Below, piece by piece: positions 17,042 to 28,713 of a stretch of DNA of 32,000 nucleotides. This DNA comes from Candidatus Methanoperedens sp. Lineage in GTDB: Archaea; Halobacteriota; Methanosarcinia; Methanosarcinales; Methanoperedenaceae. The notes under the pieces are model-generated. The model had not been told where the DNA came from. It was given only the letters and a program-made list of their open reading frames with translations, and searched no databases. The stretch covers positions 89,827 through 121,826 of the forward strand of contig JAPZAR010000030.1 of the NCBI GenBank assembly GCA_027460535.1, written 5' to 3'. A program made the translations under genes and the position numbers. How positions within the stretch are numbered: the first letter of the stretch is position 1; the number at the start of each line of letters is the position of its first letter.

Positions 17042-17076
17042 ATTGGGTACCCAATCGCAAGATAATCCAGCGATTG
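17042..17076 (+). promoter_or_regulatory. Palindrome plus hairpin in the 5' region of the 17102 gene
   Basis: Perfect 14-nt palindrome ATTGGGTACCCAAT (17042-17055), overlapping a 7-bp inverted repeat CAATCGC...GCGATTG (17052-17058 / 17070-17076). It is followed by a strong SD, AAGGAGG (17087-17093), 8 nt before the ATG. Confidence 0.3.
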
Positions 17077-17101
17077 TAAAAATAAGAAGGAGGACTAAAA
17101 A

Positions 17102-18103
17102 ATGAAAAATAGAAAAGGGCTCAGTATATTAACATCCCTCATTGCGGCGTTGTTCATACTGAGCATGTTCTCCGGAATTGCGGCAGCCCAGTCGTCCGGG
17201 GAACAAATAGCAAAGGGTCAATACCAGATACAAAAGCAGAGATACGAGGAAACAAGAGATAAATTCGAGGTAGCAAAGCAATCTTTCGACAAAGCTTATG
17301 CACAGCTCAAGAATGCAAAAGATAATAAATCCCAGGAAGAGCTCAATCAGAAAACCCAGGATTATCTTGAAAATGCGATAGATCATGCCATTGCAAATCT
17401 TGAAGTCCTGAAAACCAGGGCGCAAAATCAAACAGATAAAGGAGCGATCCCAACCGATGCGGTTGCAATTATCGATGGCCATATTGCCCAGCTGCAACAG
17501 ATACGAACGAATGTACAGCAGGCCAGTACCATGCAGGAACTGAAAGACGCCAATAAGGCCTTAAAGGAGCAGTGGAACACCATCAGGCTCGAAACGCGTT
17601 ACTATTTCGGACTGATACTCAACGAAAGGATAAACAATTTCATTACAAAGGGAAATAATGCCACGGCAAGACTGGATGCGGCAATCCAGAAAATGAAATC
17701 ACAGGGGAAGGATACAACCAAACTTGAGACCGATGAAGCGAATTTCAAGAATTCAATGAACAATGCAGAAAACAGTGAGCAGGCAACTGCCGTATTGCTT
17801 GCGAACCCCAATGGATTTGCACCCAACGGCACGGTTACAAACAGCAAGGATGCAGCAGCATTCATGCTGCAGGTCGATAAATCGCAAAGAGAAACCATCA
17901 AAGACCTGAGAGCTGCAAGCAGGCAACTGATAGAGTTCGTCAGAGATTTCAGAAAACTGGCAGGCAACAAAGCCACAGTTGACGGAACGGGCAAGTCCGG
18001 TGAGGGCGTGCCGGGAACCACGGTTACAGGAACACCGACCCAGACACTTTCAGGCAGCACACTGACATCCCTTTCAGGCAGGAAAATGGAGATTAAGAAA
18101 TGA
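17102..18103 (+). CDS. Secreted alpha-helical/coiled-coil protein of unknown function
   Basis: 333 aa. Signal peptide (SILTSLIAALFILSMFSGIAAAQ), a long Q/K/E/A-rich helical region and a Thr/Gly-rich C-terminal tail. Strong SD. Confidence 0.7.
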   Translation: MKNRKGLSILTSLIAALFILSMFSGIAAAQSSGEQIAKGQYQIQKQRYEETRDKFEVAKQSFDKAYAQLKNAKDNKSQEELNQKTQDYLENAIDHAIANLEVLKTRAQNQTDKGAIPTDAVAIIDGHIAQLQQIRTNVQQASTMQELKDANKALKEQWNTIRLETRYYFGLILNERINNFITKGNNATARLDAAIQKMKSQGKDTTKLETDEANFKNSMNNAENSEQATAVLLANPNGFAPNGTVTNSKDAAAFMLQVDKSQRETIKDLRAASRQLIEFVRDFRKLAGNKATVDGTGKSGEGVPGTTVTGTPTQTLSGSTLTSLSGRKMEIKK

Positions 18104-18357
18104 AAGCAATATACATCTTAATTGTGCTCGTGGTCGCAGCTTCGGCCCTGGGCTGTGTTGGCAACAAGCAAACATCCACAAATGCTCCTGTACCGCCTGT
18201 CGAGACTTCAGTGTCCCCGGCCGGCGCAACGGTAGCGCCCACGGGAACACCAGCGGCTCCAGGAGAAGACCAGTTCGGGACAGAGAATGACCTCACAATG
18301 ATGGATTCCCTGGTCGCCGACTCAAATGCGGATATTTCTTTCTCCGATTCGATATAA
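18100..18357 (+). CDS. Small secreted/lipoprotein-like protein
   Basis: 85 aa. ATGA overlap with the upstream gene. Signal peptide ending in the lipobox-like ASALGC, then a Pro/Thr/Ala-rich linker. A terminator follows. Confidence 0.55.
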   Translation: MKAIYILIVLVVAASALGCVGNKQTSTNAPVPPVETSVSPAGATVAPTGTPAAPGEDQFGTENDLTMMDSLVADSNADISFSDSI

Positions 18358-18387
18358 GGTAAACGCGTTCGCGTTTACCCTTTTTTT
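18358..18387 (+). terminator. Hairpin plus T7 run terminator
   Basis: GGTAAACGCG-TT-CGCGTTTACC (9-10 bp stem) starts 1 nt after the stop codon and is followed by C and TTTTTTT. Confidence 0.7.
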
Positions 18388-18430
18388 ATTACACATAAAG
18401 ATTAAGCCAAGGGGCACATAATCCTGATAT

Positions 18431-18961
18431 ATGCAAATACTTGTCCATATCTGCTGTGCGCCCTGCTTTACGTATCCTCACAAACGGTTGATTGAGGAAG
18501 GGCATGAGGTGACAGGTTTTTTTTATAATCCCAATATACACCCTTATTCAGAATATAGAAACAGGATGGGTTCACTTGAGAAATATGCGGAACTGAAGGG
18601 AACCCGGATAATCTACAGGGATGATTACGACCTTGAAAGCTATCTTCGCGGTGCCCTTGCGGCAGATGACAGATGCACTTTCTGCTATACCTCCCGGCTA
18701 GGTGAAGCGGCAAGAACAGCAGTCTTACTGGGATTTTCTGCTTTCACTACCACACTTTTGATATCTCCCTACCAGAAGCATGATATGCTTGTACACGCGG
18801 GAGAGAAGGCTGCGGATGAACACAGCATTGAGTTCTATTATGAAGATTTCAGGGATGGTTACAGAGAATCTCGTGAAATGGCAAAGGGACTTGAGCTTTA
18901 CATGCAAAAATACTGCGGATGTATTTTCAGTGAAAAAGAACGATATCTTAAGTTAAAATAA
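18431..18961 (+). CDS. queH: Epoxyqueuosine reductase QueH (DUF208)
   Basis: 176 aa with the HICCAPC N-terminal motif, FYNPNIHPYSEY, RCTFCY, TTTLLISPYQ and C-terminal YCGCIFS. These match the QueH family signature. Confidence 0.85.
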   Translation: MQILVHICCAPCFTYPHKRLIEEGHEVTGFFYNPNIHPYSEYRNRMGSLEKYAELKGTRIIYRDDYDLESYLRGALAADDRCTFCYTSRLGEAARTAVLLGFSAFTTTLLISPYQKHDMLVHAGEKAADEHSIEFYYEDFRDGYRESREMAKGLELYMQKYCGCIFSEKERYLKLK

Positions 18962-18963
18962 GT

Positions 18964-19689
18964 TCACGCACTAATTTTTCCTTCCTTAATTTTGCGAAAT
19001 ATAAGGACAATGCCGATGATATTTCCTATCTCGTCTTTGATGGTGTCGCCGCTGCTTTCAATCGGTATCATGGTTTTGTTTTTTCTGATCAATACAGTCT
19101 GATCCATTTTATCATCAGGTTTTTCAGTTATAATATCGAAAACATCTTTAAGAGGCTTCTCTTTTGCTTCATCAAGAGACCATCCGGTCATGGACTGAGC
19201 AGTTGGATTCATAAACAGGACGCAACCCTTCGGGTCTGTGGCGATCACGGCATCGCTGATGCTCTTTAACGTAACGTAATACCATGCCCTGCTCGCCTTT
19301 AATTTCCCTTCCATTTTGTGTTTATACAGCGCGATCTCGATATTTATCTGTAATTCCCGTTCTTTGAAGGGTTTGATTATATACCCAAAAGGCTCTGTAA
19401 CCTTTGCACGTTCAAGGATTTTTTCATCTGAATAGGCGGTCAGATATACAACCGGAATATTAAAAAGAGAACGTATTTGGCTTGCGGTTTCAATTCCGTC
19501 CATTTCACCATGGAGCAAAATATCCATCAACACCAGGTCCGGACTATTCTCCTCTACCTTTCGGATAGCATCCTCTCCTGAAGACACTATTGAAGGGACA
19601 TGATATCCCAGATTGATTAGACTTCTCTTGATGTCTTCTCCAACAATGACTTCATCTTCAACTATCATTATCTGTGTTCCCGCCATCAA
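18964..19689 (-). CDS. Response regulator, REC + PAS domains
   Basis: 241 aa. REC domain (IVEDE...DLVLMDILL...KP), then a PAS-like region (SISDAVIATDPKGCVLFMNPTAQSMTGW). The start overlaps the kinase stop by 4 nt. Confidence 0.85.
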   Translation of the reverse strand: MMAGTQIMIVEDEVIVGEDIKRSLINLGYHVPSIVSSGEDAIRKVEENSPDLVLMDILLHGEMDGIETASQIRSLFNIPVVYLTAYSDEKILERAKVTEPFGYIIKPFKERELQINIEIALYKHKMEGKLKASRAWYYVTLKSISDAVIATDPKGCVLFMNPTAQSMTGWSLDEAKEKPLKDVFDIITEKPDDKMDQTVLIRKNKTMIPIESSGDTIKDEIGNIIGIVLIFRKIKEGKISA

Positions 19690-21863
19690 TTCTCACCTCT
19701 AAACTTGATTTGAAATTCTGTTCCATTGTCGCGCATGAGATTTATCTTACCATGAAGCTGGTTTTCAGCCAGTATCGTGACCATGTGCAATCCCAGTGAT
19801 TTAACATCTTTAAGTTCCATGTCTTTAGGGATACCGATTCCCGTATCGCTCACCACAAGTTCAATAGATTTGTCACCTGATGAGCGAAGGACAATTTTTA
19901 TTTCCCCTGTTCTGTCTCCAGGGAAGGCATATTTCAATGAATTCGATACAAGCTCGTTGATGATCAATCCGCATGGAATGGCAGAATCTATAGCGAGCGA
20001 TACATCCTCCACATCAACTATAGGCTTGATCTTGGCTGCATTTGTCCCGTATGACTGATACAGACCGCTTACCAGATCATTTACATATCCCCGAAGATCA
20101 ATTTTTGAGAAATTATTGGATTGATACAGCTTCTCATGGATAAGGGACATTGAAATGATCCTGTTGCGGCTTTCTTTGAACATTTCGATAACATTGTTAT
20201 CCTTGGTGGATTCTGACTGGAGGCTCAATAGACTTGAGATGATCTGCATATTGTTCTTGACACGATGATGGATTTCTCGAAGAAGAACTTCTTTTTCTGC
20301 AAGGGATGACCTTATCTGCTCATCAGCTCTCTTGCGCTCTGTGATATCGTGGATGACCATCTGTACGGCAGGATTTCCTTGATATGTGAATGGAATTGCT
20401 ACCTCTTCAACATCGATTACCGTTCCGTCTATCCTGACAAATTTCACTTCTTTCAGAGGTGCCTCATTTCCATCATCTATTATCATCCGATATCGTTTTT
20501 CCGCAATCTCCTGGTGGTCAGGATAAATAAAATCCATTATTGGTCTTCCAAGGAGCTGTCCAGGATCGGTTGCACCCAGAAGCTGGGCTCCGGCGGCGTT
20601 TATGAAAATGATATTGCCAGAGCTATGAATAGCTATAGCATCAGGAGAAAGCTCTACAAGTCTGCGGAAGCGATCTTCACTCTCCTGGAGCGCCTCCTCG
20701 GCTTTTTTACGCTCAGTAATATCCCTTATTATGCTTGAGAGCCCGGCTATTTTCTCATCTGAATCCCGAATGGGAGAAATAGTCATGCTTACATTTATGC
20801 TATTTCCATCCTTTCGCAGTCGTACAGTGTCAAATCCAGCTACAGCTCCTCCTGACAGGACATTGCCTATTATGCGTTGCCTTTCTGACTGAAGGTGTGA
20901 GGGGACTATCAATGGCGATAGGCTTTTTCCTGTTACTTCTTCGGACGTCCATCCGAAAATGGTTTCAGCGCTCCTATTCCAGGATGTGATATTTTCCCCA
21001 ATATCGGTTATTATGATTGCATCATTGGCATTATCAAACAGGTTCCTATACCTCTCCTCTGCAACATAGCGAAGCTTGTGTTCTGCGTCAGCTATCTTTT
21101 CATACGGCTGTTGTATCGAAGATTTAAAAAGGGCAAAATATATAAAATAAAATCCAGCGGCTTTTAGCAAGTGCCCTGAATAATCATAAAAGAGATATAC
21201 TGAATTACTGAAAACAATGATAACCAGACCGTATATTAGACAAATAATACTGGTCTGTCCGGTTTTCTGAAGTTTTAGTATGTATAGGTAGATCGTATAT
21301 ACGATCAACGATCCAGATACTACCAATATCATTATCCCTGCAGTGGAAAGGCCCCCATCCAGGTTATGCATCCTGGGCAGATAGGATGGGTATAGAAATA
21401 TAAGAGCCATAGATATTAATGGCAAAGCCACGGCACATGTAAAAATGACGGGTTTGTTAATCATCTTTGGAAATGCATCTTTATAAATATACACACTAGC
21501 AAGAAATAAAATCGAAGAGATGATTCTTGCCTCAGCCCAGAACATTTCTGCCTTCACCGCGGAGTTAGGTGTGACAAAATCCGGCATGTACGGGTAAGAA
21601 AGCATATTGAACAGGTCAAATATCCCTATGACCAAGAATGTTGCTCCAAGGAAAAGCGAATGGTTGTCCCTGCTTTTGCTATATGCCAACCAGTTTATGG
21701 CAAAAATTGAAAAGGCCAGAACTATTGGTAAAAGCTGTGTTGCGACTTCAAAATAGTTGCTTACTAAATGGGAAACAGACATGTATGCTTCGATGACATC
21801 CCCAATGAGCAGCATCGAAACTATGATAATCAGCACTGTCAATATGTGGTTTGTTCTAGCCAT
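19686..21863 (-). CDS. Sensor histidine kinase: MASE3-like membrane domain, tandem PAS domains, HisKA_2 and HATPase_c
   Basis: 725 aa. About 7-8 N-terminal TM helices, then at least two PAS repeats (each ending in DITERK). Phospho-acceptor motif HHRVKNNMQIISSLLSLQ. ATPase motifs ELVSNSLKYAF and DTGIGIP. Confidence 0.9.
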   Translation of the reverse strand: MARTNHILTVLIIIVSMLLIGDVIEAYMSVSHLVSNYFEVATQLLPIVLAFSIFAINWLAYSKSRDNHSLFLGATFLVIGIFDLFNMLSYPYMPDFVTPNSAVKAEMFWAEARIISSILFLASVYIYKDAFPKMINKPVIFTCAVALPLISMALIFLYPSYLPRMHNLDGGLSTAGIMILVVSGSLIVYTIYLYILKLQKTGQTSIICLIYGLVIIVFSNSVYLFYDYSGHLLKAAGFYFIYFALFKSSIQQPYEKIADAEHKLRYVAEERYRNLFDNANDAIIITDIGENITSWNRSAETIFGWTSEEVTGKSLSPLIVPSHLQSERQRIIGNVLSGGAVAGFDTVRLRKDGNSINVSMTISPIRDSDEKIAGLSSIIRDITERKKAEEALQESEDRFRRLVELSPDAIAIHSSGNIIFINAAGAQLLGATDPGQLLGRPIMDFIYPDHQEIAEKRYRMIIDDGNEAPLKEVKFVRIDGTVIDVEEVAIPFTYQGNPAVQMVIHDITERKRADEQIRSSLAEKEVLLREIHHRVKNNMQIISSLLSLQSESTKDNNVIEMFKESRNRIISMSLIHEKLYQSNNFSKIDLRGYVNDLVSGLYQSYGTNAAKIKPIVDVEDVSLAIDSAIPCGLIINELVSNSLKYAFPGDRTGEIKIVLRSSGDKSIELVVSDTGIGIPKDMELKDVKSLGLHMVTILAENQLHGKINLMRDNGTEFQIKFRGEN

Positions 21864-22006
21864 TGATCTCCGTCCTCTTCATTCAACTTGTTTGTTAGCA
21901 TTTTTATTCTCAACATTCATTATCCATTTGTGCAGCATAATTGTGGTTAGAGGTTGGCGATAGTCTCCTATCCATCCCTATATCAATTTTTTTTCCCCGC
22001 CAACCT

Positions 22007-23497
22007 TTATTTTGATAATTTGAAAGCGACATAGATCTCACAAAATTCGTTTTCAGAAGCTGTAGTTTGCGACATTGTATGGACTCTTTCAATCTGCTTC
22101 CCAAAAGCATGGGAAATCCATTCATCATATAATCCCTTTATGAAAGTACAATTGATATTATCGTTCTTGGCATCACCTTTTGCCAGATGGCAAGAGGCAA
22201 TTTTACCACAGATGACATTCTCGCTCACGCTTGACCATTTTGATTCCTGGGATAGGACAGTGCTCATCTCTTGCATGTATTTCAAAAATATGGCAGCATC
22301 CCAGACGTCAATTTTTCTTTCTTTTTCGTAATCCTGTATTATTTTCTTGCCAAATTTGCCGCCAAGCGATTTTATGAAATCCTCATTCGATGGGACATTC
22401 TTCAGCATATTTAACATTTTCAGGAGGTCTTTATGATAATCTGTACCTGACTCATCCCTGGCTTTAAAGTCCTCTACCATTCGTAGCAGTATCTTGCCCA
22501 TTTCGGGAAGCTGCTTGAGAACTATAAGGTTCTCACCAATTGTAGAACTATATGTATGACCATTTGAGCTTAATAATTCAACAAACATGTCGGCCAGTTT
22601 TTTTATGGCATCGGTGTCGGAGAGCCCATGGTGTAGTATTATAGATTCCTTATCTATGGTCATGTCCTGGATCAAACCCGTGGATTTATAGAGGACCGTG
22701 ATTTTTTTCAATAATTCTTCGGGCGGGATCTGATTTATGGGACAACCGCAAAACCGCTCAATGCAGATCGATAGTTTAGGCGCGGTTTTTCCTGCCAGTA
22801 TTTCTTCAAAAAGCTGCCCAGGTATTGCCACCATATCATAGTTCATCCTTGCATAAAGGGGTATTATTATGTTCCAGAAATCGTGTTTTTTCTGCAATTC
22901 AGCTAAAGCAAAATCCAGGTACCCGAAATTCTCGGCTACGCTTTTATTGGCCCAACCATTTTCGCCTTTTATCAGGTTCATTTCAAATGAGCCATTTGCG
23001 TTTCGAATTTTTGATACGCCTAAATCATATTTCTTTGCGGAGAATTCAGCAATGATAGCGGCCAGAAACCTTGAAATATCAGGGTTCTTTCCTGTTATGG
23101 ACACACTGGCGCTTCCGGGTTGAAAGTCATTATCATAACTGATCTTAATGGACGAATCCCAATAGATCTCACTTCCAAGTTCATTCAAGCGCTTTTCCAG
23201 AAGAGAAAGGGAGGAAATTGAATCACCGATGATATTGTTAACAGTCTCATCATCGGGAAGCCTGCCTGTAAGATTTTTTAGGGCCCATATAAGGGTTGAT
23301 GATGTCAGGTTTTGCTCCTTTCTTAAACCCGAAATGAGTCTTTTGACGGAATCGGGATCCTGGAATGCAGCATCGGCGAGATCGATCACCTCGCGTATGA
23401 CCGCGCTGAGATTTCCATTGTGCTTTTGCATCAGTGGTTCAAGTTTTCCCAGATATTCTTCATTTAGAGAGATGTTTTTCCTGAGAATCATGTGCAA
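22007..23497 (-). CDS. Putative regulator: N-terminal ribbon-helix-helix-like motif, C-terminal Cys-containing V4R-like region
   Basis: 496 aa. The N-terminus, ISLNEEYLGKLEPLMQKHNGNLSAVIREVIDLA, fits the RHH strand-helix-helix pattern. The C-terminus, CGKIASCHLAKGD...NCTFIKGLYDEWISHAFG...EFCEIYVAF, resembles V4R-type ligand-binding domains. The middle has no recognised domain. The architecture call is inference. Confidence 0.6.
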   Translation of the reverse strand: MHMILRKNISLNEEYLGKLEPLMQKHNGNLSAVIREVIDLADAAFQDPDSVKRLISGLRKEQNLTSSTLIWALKNLTGRLPDDETVNNIIGDSISSLSLLEKRLNELGSEIYWDSSIKISYDNDFQPGSASVSITGKNPDISRFLAAIIAEFSAKKYDLGVSKIRNANGSFEMNLIKGENGWANKSVAENFGYLDFALAELQKKHDFWNIIIPLYARMNYDMVAIPGQLFEEILAGKTAPKLSICIERFCGCPINQIPPEELLKKITVLYKSTGLIQDMTIDKESIILHHGLSDTDAIKKLADMFVELLSSNGHTYSSTIGENLIVLKQLPEMGKILLRMVEDFKARDESGTDYHKDLLKMLNMLKNVPSNEDFIKSLGGKFGKKIIQDYEKERKIDVWDAAIFLKYMQEMSTVLSQESKWSSVSENVICGKIASCHLAKGDAKNDNINCTFIKGLYDEWISHAFGKQIERVHTMSQTTASENEFCEIYVAFKLSK

Positions 23498-23623
23498 TCA
23501 AACCAGAATGAACAGAGGCGGAGAAATCTATCAGTCTCTTTATCTTCCCTTTTCATTATTATCATTATAATTATTAATTGCTTAATAACTTTTTCATCTT
23601 AAATTTTTTAAATATGTAATAAA

Positions 23624-23639
23624 AATAACTTTAGTTATT
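23624..23639. promoter_or_regulatory. 16-nt palindrome AATAACTTTAGTTATT upstream of the RHH-like gene (candidate operator)
   Basis: Perfect 7-bp arms with a 2-nt spacer, about 130 nt upstream of the 23497 start. The half-site AATAACTTT recurs at 23584-23592. Confidence 0.3.
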
Positions 23640-23898
23640 ACCTGACATTTGCAGAATCGGATGAGACCAGGATTTTGGCACCTCATATTTTCAATTACAA
23701 TTCTTAGGTCCATATTACCGGATTATGCACATTATCTCCCGGAATTTACCAACTCTTGTAGCAATTCGCAATATTCTGTTGTGTAACTGTTTGATTGGCT
23801 GAAGCTTAATTCTTCAGGAGACGATCATCTTGGCAGATACTCAGAAGGGCGTAACCACCGACCTCATTGATATTATAAGGCTGCTAATAATCCTTGCA

Positions 23899-24321
23899 AT
23901 GAAGAAGATCAAGCTACAGCATATCCTTTATCTTACGGCCTTCCTTGCTTTTGGAATAGGTGATGGTATAACAGGCGCGCTGATGATGAACTCAAAAGGG
24001 ATCGGTATGGAGGCAAACCCTATCGTGAGGATTTTATTCATGGCCCGGGGTATTGAGGGTGTAATGACCGGCAAGATGTGGCTTACTTTCATAATTCTTG
24101 CTGCAACTTATATTGTTCAGCTCAATTCCCCCAATATGTACTGGACCGTTAATGGGTTCTTAATTGCCATTACCGTTGGCGGGCTGATGGCAGTGAATGC
24201 CAACATTACAGCTATGGCAGGCCAAATCCCGACTGAACCCGGAGCGTTAATACTGGCATACTTGATTTTGATGTTTATATTGACCGAGATCGGAAGTTTT
24301 GTTGATGGAAAGGCACACTAA
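23899..24321 (+). CDS. Small membrane protein, DUF5658-like
   Basis: ATG at 23899 preferred over the TTG at 23830. Four TM helices. The GIGDGITG...GMEANPIV motif resembles DUF5658. Confidence 0.55.
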   Translation: MKKIKLQHILYLTAFLAFGIGDGITGALMMNSKGIGMEANPIVRILFMARGIEGVMTGKMWLTFIILAATYIVQLNSPNMYWTVNGFLIAITVGGLMAVNANITAMAGQIPTEPGALILAYLILMFILTEIGSFVDGKAH

Positions 24322-24376
24322 GAATGGATCAAATGGACATTTTAAAAATAGTAAAAATAAAAGAGGAAGTGAAAAC

Positions 24377-26899
<2,523 letters not shown>

Positions 26900-27013
26900 C
26901 TGCTGCTTAGTTCACAGGATGAGTTAAGTAATTTTTCTTGGTTTAATCCTCCGGCCTGATCACGGCACAGTAATTATCTGAACTGGAAGCAAGAATGGAT
27001 TTATGCTTCGACC

Positions 27014-27790
27014 TTAGATTTTTATCAATATCTCATCACCCAGGGTTTTGTTGAAAAAAGCTGCGGCATTCCCCATATTTACCGCAATTTCAAGGAATCC
27101 ATGGCTGCCAATTAATGCCAGGGGCTCTCCCGTTCCAGAAAATCCATAAGAGCTAAGAAAAGGAACCTTTCTTCCCTGGATCTCGAGCAAATCGCCATAT
27201 TTGAATTCTACGATATCGGATGATATGTTTGTCACAATGTTCCCGAATGAATCGATAAATATGATCATGCCCTCCAGCGCACCTTTTTTCTTCCTTCCTT
27301 GTCCAAATTCCAGATCTATATAATCAAATATCTGTTCCCCTGAAGCCCTTATATCCAGTCCTTTTGAGATATGCGCTCCAACCGGCGCGAAAATATCTCT
27401 CCCATGAAATGTGCCGGACACATTCTTACGGAACAGCTTCTCATTTGTAATTATATAAGCCTCAAAATCCCCAATGCTCCTTGCTGCGGGGATGAGAAGA
27501 CCGTTATCAGGACCCGTAAAATAATGGGTTCCAAAATAATCAGATTCAGCCTTAACTGCAATCTGACGACGCTCCGTTCCTACCCCGGGATCGACCACAG
27601 CTATATGCACAGTCCCGGATGGGAAAAACCGCGCGCAGGACATCAATATGAATGCTCCGGCGCGTATATCGTACCTGGGAATTGAATGCGAGATGTCGAC
27701 TATACTGGCGGCCGGATTGATGCTCAGGATTACCCCTTTCATGGAAGCAGGGTACACATCCCCGAAATCTGAGAGCAGCGTTATGACCAT
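27014..27790 (-). CDS. SAM hydroxide adenosyltransferase / SAM hydrolase (DUF62; fluorinase-chlorinase superfamily)
   Basis: 258 aa with ITLLSDFG, VVDPGVGT, GPDNGLL and HGRDIFAP, characteristic of DUF62 proteins. Confidence 0.85.
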   Translation of the reverse strand: MVITLLSDFGDVYPASMKGVILSINPAASIVDISHSIPRYDIRAGAFILMSCARFFPSGTVHIAVVDPGVGTERRQIAVKAESDYFGTHYFTGPDNGLLIPAARSIGDFEAYIITNEKLFRKNVSGTFHGRDIFAPVGAHISKGLDIRASGEQIFDYIDLEFGQGRKKKGALEGMIIFIDSFGNIVTNISSDIVEFKYGDLLEIQGRKVPFLSSYGFSGTGEPLALIGSHGFLEIAVNMGNAAAFFNKTLGDEILIKI

Positions 27791-27847
27791 AGTTCTTCAA
27801 GAAACATTTAATACCTGTTAAACTATAAAACCCGATGTCAAAAATAT

Positions 27848-27921
27848 GGACTCGTGGGGTAGCCAGGATATCCTAGCGGGCTTCGAACCCGCGGACCCGC
27901 GTTCGAATCGCGGCGAGTCCG
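27848..27921 (+). tRNA. tRNA-Arg (anticodon TCG)
   Basis: Hand-folded cloverleaf. Acceptor GGACTCG/CGAGTCC. D-loop with A14, GG18-19 and A21. Anticodon stem GCGGG/CCCGC with loop CTTCGAA. T arm CCGCG-TTCGAAT-CGCGG. Discriminator G. No encoded CCA and no intron. Confidence 0.9.
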
Positions 27922-27970
27922 TTCATATCTCCCAGTTGATAGCTGGTTATGGATTCATTTTACTTTTGCA

Positions 27971-28525
27971 TTAAGGCTTGACTTTCAACCACTCTGCGAA
28001 TTTAGTGAGAGCTTGATACCTGTGAGATAACTTGTTCTTCTCATCCTCTCCCATCTCCCCAAATGTCCTGCCGTTCACCTCAAATACAGGGTCGTATCCA
28101 AAACCAGCATTTCCACGGATATCTTCAGATATTCTTCCGGCCACTTCCCCTGAAAAAACCAGCGCTTTCTCCCCAGGGCGGCAGTAACCTATCGCGCATC
28201 TGAAGACGGCCTTCCTGTTCACCTCATCTTCCATCAGTTTAAGTATTCTCCTATTTCCGAGAGTATCAAGAACATAAGCAGAATACGGGCCGGGGAATCC
28301 CTCAAGCGCCTCTATGAACAATCCCGAATCATCAACCATGACCTCATGGTTCAGTTTATTCGAAGCCCACTCTGCCCCGAACCGTGCTATACCTTCAAGC
28401 TCTTCCTCCTGCAGTTCAGGATAGCCGCAGTTGTTTTGCTCGATCGTTATGCCAAGAGGTAACAAGATCTCATTTGCTTCCCTGACCTTATGGGGATTAC
28501 CAGTTACGAAAATGATCTTTCTCAT
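27971..28525 (-). CDS. Non-canonical purine NTP pyrophosphatase (HAM1/RdgB, dITP/XTP pyrophosphatase)
   Basis: 184 aa with FVTGNPHKVREA, DDSGL and GFGYDPVF motifs. Confidence 0.9.
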   Translation of the reverse strand: MRKIIFVTGNPHKVREANEILLPLGITIEQNNCGYPELQEEELEGIARFGAEWASNKLNHEVMVDDSGLFIEALEGFPGPYSAYVLDTLGNRRILKLMEDEVNRKAVFRCAIGYCRPGEKALVFSGEVAGRISEDIRGNAGFGYDPVFEVNGRTFGEMGEDEKNKLSHRYQALTKFAEWLKVKP

Positions 28526-28707
28526 GATAATTTCCGTTTTTTCCGCTCCAATGTCCTTTTCATAAATTCCCTGTATCCGGGGCTGTACTTCATGAGGATC
28601 AGGATTATCGGATAACGGAGGAACAGGACAAACGAAGCTATTCCGATGGAAAAACCTATGATAAGAGCAATTTTTGACCCGAAAGGAAGACTGTTGAAAT
28701 CGATCAT
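28522..28707 (-). CDS. Small membrane protein, hypothetical
   Basis: 61 aa with one or two hydrophobic helices and a basic tail. The stop overlaps the ITPase start (ATGA). It sits 6 nt downstream of the aspartate kinase stop. Confidence 0.4.
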   Translation of the reverse strand: MIDFNSLPFGSKIALIIGFSIGIASFVLFLRYPIILILMKYSPGYREFMKRTLERKKRKLS

Positions 28708-28713
28708 GAATGA

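Noticed and set aside
21952-22005. An 8-bp inverted repeat GGTTGGCG...CGCCAACC after the 496-aa gene stop, considered as a terminator.
   Set aside because: The loop is about 38 nt, and the homopolymer run is T-rich on the plus strand only (an A-run on the coding strand), so it does not look like a terminator for the minus-strand gene.
24299-24376. A longer N-terminus for the REC-only response regulator, and similarly TTG 23830 for the DUF5658-like gene.
   Set aside because: The extension is Lys/Asn/Ser-rich and would overlap the upstream gene. The internal ATG at 24377 has an SD and gives a canonical REC N-terminus. The internal ATG at 23899 precedes the first TM helix.
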